DNA of 9,901 nt from Octopus sinensis (lineage: Eukaryota): contig NW_021827710.1 in assembly GCF_006345805.1 (NCBI RefSeq), positions 1 through 9,901 on the forward strand, in the 5' to 3' direction. Position numbers and translations under genes: made by a program. Each line of letters begins with the position of its first letter. The stretch's first letter is position 1. Positions 1 to 7,548 of this stretch are shown here, piece by piece. The notes beneath the pieces were generated by a model. It worked only from the letters and a program-made list of their open reading frames with translations. It ran no database searches and was not told where the DNA came from.

Positions 1-60
1 CCCGAGTCCAATGGATATTATTTCCGAACTGTGAAGTAAAGGTGTTTTTTTTTTTATATA

Positions 61-470
61 GGCGCAGGAGTGGCTGTTTTAAGTAGCTTGCTAACCAACC
101 ACATGGTTCCGGGTTTCAGTCCCACTGCGTGGCATCTTGGGCAAGTGTCTTCTGCTATAAGACCCGGGCCGACCAATGCCTTGTGAGTGGATTTGGTAGA
201 CGGAAACTGAAGAAGCCGTCGTATATATGTATTATATATATGTGTGTGTGTGTTTTTGTGTGTCTGTGTTTGTCCCTCTAGCGTTGCTTGACAACCGATG
301 CTGGTGTGTTACGTCCCCGTCACTTAGCGATTCGGCAAAAGAGACCGATAGAATAAGTATGGGCTTACAAAGATAAGTCCTGGGGTCGATTTGCTCGACT
401 AAAGGCGGTGCTCCAGCATGGCCGCAGTCAAATGACTGAAACAAGTAAAAGAAAAGAAAGAATAAAAGAA
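61..470 (+). mobile_element. tRNA-derived SINE, family 1, copy 1 (near full length)
   Basis: 5' GGCGCAGGAGTGGCTG with degenerate A box and B-box-like GGGTTTCAGTCCC (111-123), central (TA)/(TG) tract, A-rich tail GTAAAAGAAAAG. Aligns end to end with the second copy at 1848-2238. Confidence 0.9.
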
Positions 471-1353
471 TATTCAGCATTTCTTGAACCTTGCAAATGG
501 GTTGGAGGCGAAAAACCGCTCTAATCTCTGAAAACAAAATCACCACACGCCCACAAAATGGCTGGCCTATTACATGCCTATCAACACCACAAAACCCCCT
601 TACATCAATTATGTCCAATCGGTTAATTACACTCTTATAAAGCAACTTTTTTTTTACCCGAAGTACAAAAAGGGTGCTGAAAAGGAAATACACGGCTGTA
701 AAGAAGAGATATTGGAATCAGGTCATTGTTGAAAGCTTCAAAAAAGATGAAAACGAACCCTAACATGGCGTGGATTGACTACGAGAAGGCTTTTGACAGC
801 ATTCCATACTCGTGGATGCTGGAGTCATTCCACTTAAATAAGGTAGCCCGACATTGCTCGAATATATCAGCCATGCAACGACAAAATGGAAAATTGGTAT
901 ATCATTAGAAAAACGGGTAAACTACCATAAAAGCCAACCTATGAAGAGAAATTTTCTAAGGCAATTTACTACTCACCACTACTTTTCTGTTTTGCTCTAA
1001 CCTCATTAATAAACTTACTAAATGAAACCGCCATGGGATACAAGTGTTTTTGACAAAATATAAACCATCTCCTGTACGTGGATGACTTAAAAACCTTAGC
1101 AAAAGTAATGAATTAGAAAAACTTTAAAAATGCTCATAGTTTCTGCAAATGCATAAGGATGAGTGGGAGATTAAACAAACGCGACAAAAACATTAAGAAG
1201 AAGCAAATTAACCGGCACCGAACTAGTCATTGAAATTATAGGACTAAATCTTAATCACGCGTTCAAATACAGAGGAAAATGCGAGACAGCTAAAATACAG
1301 CTCAGAAATGAAACAAGAGGAAGAACGAATACTATTGAAGAACTATATAAAGA
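471..1353 (+). pseudogene. Decayed reverse transcriptase of an R4/Dong-like RLE non-LTR retrotransposon (element A, RT segment)
   Basis: Manual translation across frameshifts and stops gives PITCLST (from 566), PEVQKGC, HGCKEE, MAWIDYEKAFDSIPYSW (ORF 726-908), PLLFCFAL, INHLLYVDDLK (YVDD 1075-1086) and EYY*R. These are the diagnostic R4-clade RT motifs in the correct order. Confidence 0.9.
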
Positions 1354-1751
1354 CTAGCAGTATCGCTCGGCGTTGCTCGTGTTTGTAAGGGAAATAACTA
1401 TATAAGCATTTTTAGAGAGTTATAGCAAAAAAATAGCAAAAAGATGCATTAAAAATGGGAAAAAAAATGATGGTAATTTTTTTTTAAATCGTTGACTCAT
1501 CGTAGACATTTTTAGAGAGTTACTTCCCTTATATAATAGCGAAAAAATGCATTAAAATGGAAACAAATGATGGTAATTTTTTTTTTAAATCGTAGACTCA
1601 TAGTAGACTCATGCTAATACCCAGAAGGGCTCGATATGAATCACGACTATAAGATACCCGGTTTTGGTTAAACTGCACCGCAAAATGTGGGAGTAGTTAG
1701 GAACCTAAATCGTAGGACACAGACACACAACCTCTCTTTTATATATAAAGA
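1354..1751 (-). mobile_element. Non-autonomous Helitron
   Basis: Minus strand begins TC (1751-1750) and ends CTAG (1357-1354), with a degenerate GC-rich subterminal hairpin (1364-1379). It sits between A and T, and removing it rejoins the LINE frame (I-K-I-L-E-T-D-I-N). Confidence 0.8.
1407..1608. repeat. About 100-bp internal tandem duplication within the Helitron
   Basis: CATTTTTAGAGAGTTA...ATGCATTAAAA...ATGATGGTAATTTTT...AAATCGT.GACTCAT.GTAGAC occurs starting at 1407 and at 1507. Confidence 0.9.
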
Positions 1752-1847
1752 TTTTAGAAACTGATATCAATGTTAGAATGCCAAATCTGAATATATGCAC
1801 AGCATAATCGCATTGGCAGCTACATCTACTGGGTAATACGTCGTCAC
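1752..1847 (+). pseudogene. Element A continued: post-RT residues fused to the end of the CCHC knuckle region
   Basis: ILETDINVR (to 1777), then C-Q-I..EYMH(R)HNRIGSYIYWVI, resembling the R4 motif GC..LA..EY..RH..V...IHW.IC. Confidence 0.65.
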
Positions 1848-2238
1848 GAGTGGTTGTGTGGTAAGTAGCTTGCTAACCAACCACATGGTTCCGGGTTCTG
1901 GGTTCAGTCCTACTGTGTGGCATCTGGGCCAAGTGTCTTCTGCTATAGCCCCGGGCCGACCAATGCCTTGTGAGTGGATTTGGTAGACGGAAACTGAAAG
2001 GAAGCCTGTCGTATATATGTATATGTGTATATATATATATATGTATGTTTGTGTTTGTGTGTCTGTGCTTGTCCCCCTAGCATTGCTTGACAACCGATGC
2101 TGGTGTGTTTACGTCCCCGTAACTTAGCGGTTCGGCAAAAGGGACCGATAGAATAAGTACTGGGCTTTGCTCGACTAAAGGCGGTGCTCCAGCATGGCCG
2201 CAGTCAAATGACTGAAACAAGTAAAAGAGTAAAAGAGT
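1848..2238 (+). mobile_element. tRNA-derived SINE, family 1, copy 2, inserted in element A
   Basis: Colinear with 61-470. Lacks the first few nt, has a small GGGTTC duplication and a 25-nt deletion, and ends in a GTAAAAGA tail. Confidence 0.9.
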
Positions 2239-2887
2239 AAATAGTACAAACATATACCGAGTACGGTACATGACAGTTACCTGGCCACAACAATCTGACA
2301 AGGATATCAAGTGACAAGGATATCAAGTGATAAGGATATCAAGTGATAAGGATATCAAGTGACAAGGATATCAAGTGACACGGATATCAAGTGATAAGGA
2401 TATCAAGTGATAAGGATATCAAGTGATAAGGATATCAAGTGACACGGATATCAAGTGATAAGGACATCAAGTGATAAGGATATCAAGTGACACGGATATC
2501 AAGTGATAAGGATATCAAGTGACAAGGATATGAAGTGATAAGGATATCAAGTGATAAGGATATCGAGTGACGGGGATATCAAGTTTTAAGGACATCAAGT
2601 GCTAAGGATATCAAGTGATGAGGATATCAAGTGATAAGGATATCAAGTGATAAGGATATCAAGTGATAAGGATATCAAGTGACAAGGATATCAAATCGAA
2701 CCGTCTATACATAGTATAAAATATTGGAAAAATAACCATGTACAATTGATAGACATCGCAATCTCTTCTAACGAAAATATTGCCTGTAAAGTAGTGGAGA
2801 AACTTATCAAAATATAAAGAACTTCAAATTCAAATATTTAAAATGTAGGGCATGAGGGTGAAAACAATATCACATGTCTTTGGAGAA
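2239..2887 (+). pseudogene. Element A C-terminus: restriction-like endonuclease (RLE) domain, split by the minisatellite
   Basis: K*YKHIPSTV..W..QSDKDIK [array] SNRLYIV.KYWKNNHVQLIDIAISSNENIACKVVEKL.KYKELQIQIFKM*GMRVKTISHVFGE. This matches the R4 RLE pattern WYEH.P...QTD..I..NRPDIV...LID.A.P...EK..KY..L..EI..MW. The catalytic PD has decayed to CTA TAC (2705-2710). Confidence 0.8.
2297..2696. repeat. Minisatellite, 25 x 16 bp, consensus GAYAAGGATATCAAGT
   Basis: I counted 25 perfectly phased units with no indels. 22 contain GATATC and 13 contain TGATAA. Confidence 0.98.
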
Positions 2888-2959
2888 GAGTGTCAGTTCT
2901 TCCATTTTTTCTTTTTGACTTCCCCACTCTGCAAAAAAAAAAAAAAGTTTAAAAATCAA

Positions 2960-3189
2960 TTGTCTCCGCCGTCACTGCGCCTTGGACGACCAAAGTCTTG
3001 CTAGCACGTGCAACGCCTAGCAACAGAAGGGAAAAAAAAAAGAAGAAAAGAAACGACGCGAGAGAGGAGAGGAAAAGAACGAGGAAATTCAGCTAATGGA
3101 CGCTGCTAGCGTCGCAACACCTGTGAGTCCGAGTCCTTCCCTCTACCACCACTAACACTAACACATGGAACGCGCGCGCACACACACAC

Positions 3190-3190
<1 letters not shown>
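2960..3190. promoter_or_regulatory. CpG-rich unique island, possible promoter or enhancer
   Basis: Local CpG/GC enrichment against an AT-rich background, E-box GCACGTGC (3004-3011), RFX-like CCTAGCAAC (3016-3024) and a GA-rich tract. Motif evidence only. Confidence 0.3.
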
Positions 3191-3232
<42 letters not shown>

Positions 3233-3255
3233 AAACAACAACAACAACAACAACC
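3180..3255. repeat. (CA)n followed by (CAA)n microsatellite
   Basis: Direct inspection. Confidence 0.97.
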
Positions 3256-3488
3256 CAATGCATTAAACAGCCGTGGTTTTGGTTCAATGATAAAGCCTGG
3301 AACTGAATTCATTGATGTTCGTGGGTCTTCATGAATATTCCAGTGTTGCTTCCATCTTTTAGGCATTTTCTTATATTTTTCATTGTCATTGACTTTTTAC
3401 ACGGCACTTTATGTTTCCCCACTTCGTCCTTCATGTTTTGTAATGTCCAATCTTATTTTTGACGGCCCTTGTGGTTAATAAAGAAAGA

Positions 3489-3570
3489 ATTATTATTATT
3501 ATCATTATTATTATTATTTTTATTATTATTATTATTATTATCATCCTCCTCCTCCTCCTCATCATCATCA

Positions 3571-3610
<40 letters not shown>

Positions 3611-3654
3611 CATCATCCTCCTCCTCCTCCTCCTCCTCATCATCATCATCATCA

Positions 3655-3703
<49 letters not shown>

Positions 3704-3724
3704 CATCATCATCATCATTATTAT
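3489..3724. repeat. Compound (ATT)/(ATC)/(CTC) microsatellite with a duplicated higher-order block
   Basis: The block (ATT)n-ATC-(CTC)n-(ATC)n occurs twice. This explains the poly-I/L/S/M ORFs. Confidence 0.97.
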
Positions 3725-4714
3725 AGACGTTGCACAGTATACAATATCGTGATGTTGCTGATTGAAGATATTGTGTCTACAAGGAGTTTTGTACTGTTTG
3801 TCAAGTCACAAAATACTGTCAGACAGACAGTATTTTACGCAATATGCGTGCAGTTCCAAGTAATGCCGACTTTTACAATACACCTAGGTTGTAAAGTATT
3901 TCTAAAGTTTTCTGATGTTTTTTTCAGATTGGATGGTATTGAACCCAATGCTCCGATGACAATAGGGATAGCGTTTATGTTCGACTATCGTAGCTGCCAA
4001 ATTTTGACGATCTCAATTCTCAGGTCTCCATATTTATCAACCTTTTCTCTTTCTTTCATGATGATATGTTGATCTCCTGGCATTGCCACGTCGATTATTA
4101 GGGACACTTGTTTCCCTCCTAAAGGTTACTATATCCGGCCTTCGGTGCTCTAATGCGTTGTATGTCTGGAAGTCAAAGTCCCAAAAGAATTTTACCTTCC
4201 CCTTTTCGTCCATTACCTTTTCTGGTGTATGTTGTCACCAAGCACCCGTAACCTCATATACATACTTACACTTACGGCATAGTAGCCAGTGAAGGTTTTG
4301 GGTTATCTTGTCGTGTCTACGCTTGTACTCTTTTATAGCAAGACTTTAACAGGTACTAACAATGTGAGTCACAATTTTGAACCTCTTCCCACACTTTCTG
4401 CTGAGGTCCGTTGCAATTGTGTGATATACTTTTTCACTGAGTTAGTATTCAATGCCTGGTCCTGGGCAGCGATGATTAGGCTTTCAGTATTCCCTTTTAG
4501 GTCACCTTTCTTAAGCCACCTCCATGATGCTTCCTGGTCTTTTAATTTGTTGGTTTCACGGTGGAACCGACCGTGTAATTCCATACCAAGTAGGGTTTCT
4601 TCTCTCTCGTTGACTGTTCAAGATCGCAATTCATGAACGTTCTCAAGTCCATTTTTGTTAAATCCTTCTGCATTAGCAGCATACTATAGCAGGTCTTGTT
4701 TGTAGTTTACCAAA
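3725..4714 (-). mobile_element. 5'-truncated R4/Dong-like non-LTR retrotransposon (element B): C-terminal domain, CCHC, RLE and 3' UTR
   Basis: Minus strand, across a few frameshifts and stops: LHGRF..SWRWLKKGDLK..TESLIIAAQDQALNTN, C..C....VTHIVSTC, EYKRRHD, FWDFDFQT..HRRPDIV (PDI 4138-4130), IIDVAMP..EKVDKY.DL..EI.KIW, IPIVIGALG, SALLGTARILRKILSV*. Stop at 3821-3819, about 95-nt 3' UTR, then a TAA/TGA tail. Confidence 0.95.
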
Positions 4715-4727
4715 TATTATTATTATT

Positions 4728-4780
<53 letters not shown>

Positions 4781-4788
4781 TATTATTA

Positions 4789-4837
<49 letters not shown>
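4715..4837. repeat. (ATT)/(ATC)/(ATT) microsatellite
   Basis: Direct inspection; separates elements B and C. Confidence 0.97.
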
Positions 4838-5154
4838 GTCCTTCTTTCTTCAAATTTTCTTCCGTTTCTCGCCGAGTGTTTTCCATACACTTAGAGCAGA
4901 GAAGGGCATTGTATGCATTCCCAGATTACACGCGCAGATTCACAGATAAAATATGTATTTAAAAATTAATAAATAAATAAATTCATGGATGGATGTTATT
5001 TTCACAGCGATAGTGCTCTTCTCAGTACATGAGCCGTTCCAGTTAATACGATTTTTGCACTTCCTGTAGGGATGGTGAGCCTGGAATCATTTTCAAATAG
5101 GTTTCAGTACCTTTTTTTATCATTCCTAGAGATCCTACAATCACTGGTACTGTG
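4838..5154 (-). mobile_element. 3'-terminal fragment of a different R4/Dong-like retrotransposon (element C)
   Basis: Minus strand TVPVIVGSLGMIKKGTETYLKMIPGSPSLQEVQK/IVLTGTAHVLRRALSL* (one frameshift; stop 5004-5002), about 165-nt 3' UTR, then (TAA)n. Confidence 0.9.
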
Positions 5155-5172
5155 ATTATTATTATTATTATT

Positions 5173-5331
5173 GAGTAAGAGAGCAGTTCATGCCATCAAA
5201 GTGACACTGGGGTAAAATATACGAAGCCCAATATACCCATCATGACTACCCGTCTGATAAGGGTACACCAGGCACATGCATCACAACCATATGTGCGCGA
5301 TATGGTAATCTCATATCAAGATAAAAACAGC
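5173..5331 (-). mobile_element. Truncated interspersed repeat flanked by TAA arrays (probable retroposon 3' end)
   Basis: A 159-bp complex segment with (ATT)n on both sides. It resembles a common octopus repeat as I recall it; not verified. Orientation is inferred from the TAA tail. Confidence 0.45.
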
Positions 5332-5446
5332 TTATTATTATTATTATTATTATATTTATATTATTATTTTATTATTATTATTATCATTATTATTATTATT
5401 ATTATTCTATTATTATTATTATTATTTTATTATTATTATTATTATA
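5332..5446. repeat. Degenerate (ATT)n/(TAT)n microsatellite
   Basis: Direct inspection. Confidence 0.95.
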
Positions 5447-5451
5447 TTGTG

Positions 5452-5650
5452 AAGGTGGTGAGGTGGCTGAATCGTTAGAGTGTCAGACACAATACCTTGC
5501 ATTATTTCTGCTAACCTTTTACTTTCTAAATTCTAATCCCGCTGACGTCAACTTTAACTTTCGTTCCTTCGGGGATCGATAAAATAGATACGCATCAAGC
5601 ACTGCTTCCCTACTAATCCTTGTGCCTATACGAAAAAACAATTATTGTTA
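5452..5650 (+). mobile_element. tRNA-derived SINE, family 2, copy A (diverged)
   Basis: A-box-like TGGCTGAATCG and a central CCCGC.GA.GTCAACTTT..C.TTC....CCTTCGGG.ATCGATAAAATA shared with copy B; ATT-type tail. Confidence 0.7.
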
Positions 5651-5799
5651 AGACAGCGGTTAGCTCGTCAGACAAAATACTTAGCGACGTTTCTTCCAGT
5701 TCTTTACGTTTCGAATTCACATCCCGCCGAGGTCAACTTTGACATTCATACCTTCGGGATCGATAAAATAAGTACCAGTTGAGTACTGGAAAAAATTGC

Positions 5800-5891
5800 A
5801 AAGTTACCTCCTTGAGTCATCACCGCCTCATAAGGGCGGGTTTTCCAGTTTCAATACCCTAAACACTCAGCCACGCACCTGCGCACCTCCA
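5800..5891 (-). mobile_element. Internally deleted copy of SINE family 3 (head fused to tail)
   Basis: Minus strand TGGAGGTGCG..GTGGCTGAGTGTTTAGGGT is joined directly to TGAAACTGGAAAACCCGCCCTTATGAG..ATGACTCA. Both parts match the neighbouring full copy. Confidence 0.7.
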
Positions 5892-5904
5892 GTCTAGGAA
5901 AGGG

Positions 5905-6153
5905 ATAGAAACCCTTACTGAGTCATATATACTTATAGGTCCGGTTTCCCTGTTTCATGGCGTATATATTCCCCACCTGGACGGGACGCTGGTCCATCGC
6001 AGGATTAACTCATTTTTGCCAGCTGAGCGGACTGGAGCAACGTGAAATGAAGTGTTTTGCTCAAGAACACAACGCATCGCCGGGTCCAAGAATCGAAACC
6101 ACAATCTTATGATCACGAGTTCAAACACCCTAACCACTAAGCCACGTTCCTCC
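5905..6153 (-). mobile_element. tRNA-derived SINE, family 3, near full length
   Basis: Perfect A box TGGCTTAGTGG (6144-6134), B-box-like GGTTTCGATTC (6100-6090), CORE-like TGTTCTTGAGCAAAACACTT segment, and tail TGAAACAGGGAAACCGG. Confidence 0.85.
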
Positions 6154-6790
6154 ACCAGTTGAGTGAATACTGGGGTGGGGGGTCGATGTAAACGGCACCC
6201 ACTTCCCTTCAAAATAGCTGGCCTTGATTCCAAATTTGAAATGATTATTATTATTAAGAGTAAAAATAAATTATCACGAATAACAAATGTAAAAATATAA
6301 ATACTACGAAAACAAAAAAATTAATTCCTCATCCTCAATGAAAGCCGTTGAATCTTTAAAAAACCATTTGTTCCTTCTCTTCCCATTCGTGAGCAAACAA
6401 ATTCTAAAGTTGCTGATATGAAGCAGAGCTCCTTGTCATTTTTTATCTTCCTCTACTTTGAGAAGGGAAACTTGACATTTGATGAGGAACCATAGCTTTT
6501 TCATTCACACGGCTTTTTTCTTTTCTTCTACTTAAAAAAAATTTTTTTTATCAAAGACGTTCTTGAAATATCTGTCATTTTGAAATGACTATCAGTATGA
6601 AATTCCAGCGATGGAGTTCCAAAATTGCTTCCGTTTATTTCACACATTCCTCGACTTCCTCGACTCTCACTGAATGTCTGACAAATGTTCTCTTTTTTTT
6701 CTCCGGATCTTTCCCAGGCGATAATGAATATTTAAATATTGCTTCATCAAATATTTAAGCACATTGATTTCAATCAACTGTCAAATTCAA

Positions 6791-6819
6791 GCTCTCTCTC
6801 TCTCACTATATATGTATAT

Positions 6820-6882
<63 letters not shown>

Positions 6883-6908
6883 ATATATATATATTATATA
6901 TGTATATA

Positions 6909-6984
<76 letters not shown>

Positions 6985-7095
6985 ATGTATATATATATAT
7001 TGAATTTTTTTCTTTTTGGTATTTTATTGCGTACAACCGCCTTCGATTTTTTTGCGTGTGTGCATTATATATCATATATATATATATATATATAT
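6791..7095. repeat. (CT)n followed by a long interrupted (TA)n tract
   Basis: Direct inspection; source of the IYIY ORFs. Confidence 0.97.
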
Positions 7096-7245
7096 AATAA
7101 TAATAAATATTTTACGTATATATATACTATACACACACATACACACACACTAATTCTTAAGACTATTTTTATCAATGAAATTTATCCCACGCCTTATAAA
7201 CTCTTCACCATTTCTGTCAACAGCTACTACAATGACCACGACAAA

Positions 7246-7263
7246 ACCACCACCACCACCACC

Positions 7264-7320
<57 letters not shown>
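7246..7320. repeat. (ACC)n(AAC)n microsatellite
   Basis: Direct inspection; source of the poly-T/N/P ORFs. Confidence 0.97.
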
Positions 7321-7322
<2 letters not shown>

Positions 7323-7505
7323 CATCAAGGCCAATGACAATAACAATAGAAACATCAACATGTCCTACGAACTATTACCACCGGATTATATTTGAACCAA
7401 AGAAACAGTCTACCTGGTCGCTACATTTGCTTGATATCGTAACCAAAATCTCCCTCGAATCAGGGGACAAACCAGATAATGTATTCCTGCTATGGCAAAA
7501 AGTTT

Positions 7506-7548
7506 GTGAGGCAAGAAGTATGCTTTCCAACCACATGGTTCCGGGTTC
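7506..7548 (+). mobile_element. 5' head fragment of a family-1-type SINE, cut at its B box
   Basis: CCAACCACATGGTTCCGGGTT (21 nt) is identical to the copies at 61 and 1848. It abuts the mariner left end. Confidence 0.75.

Larger units (their letters stand above)
5651..6256 (+). mobile_element. tRNA-derived SINE, family 2, copy B, split by a nested insertion (5' part 5651-5789, 3' part 6154-6256)
   Basis: Colinear with copy A. The body stops at ACCAGTTGAGT(ACTGG) and resumes with ACCAGTTGAGT..ACTGGGG..GTCGATGTAA..GCTGGCCTTG..CCAAATTTGAAA and an (ATT)n tail. Confidence 0.7.

Noticed and set aside
61-135. tRNA genes at the SINE heads (also 6080-6153)
   Set aside because: A/B boxes are present but there is no complete cloverleaf, and the heads continue into SINE bodies.
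232-693. 153-aa minus-strand ORF, and ORFs 1773-2093, 2077-2310 and 5955-6233
   Set aside because: These are antisense or incidental readings of SINE/LINE sequence. The shared peptide FQSFDCGHAGAPPLVEQ simply reflects two SINE copies.
1761-1770. GATATCAA as the seed of the minisatellite
   Set aside because: Only an 8-nt match; the RLE-coding origin at 2291-2716 explains the whole unit.
2297-2696. CRISPR-like array
   Set aside because: Units are contiguous with no unique spacers, the context is eukaryotic, and there are no cas genes.
3106-3366. Cys-rich, metallothionein-like ORF
   Set aside because: The poly-Cys is the (TTG)n strand of the CAA microsatellite and lacks metallothionein spacing.
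3431-3752. Poly-I/L/S/M ORFs, and similar ORFs at 4696, 5242, 6806-7097 and 7175
   Set aside because: They are translations of trinucleotide and dinucleotide microsatellites.
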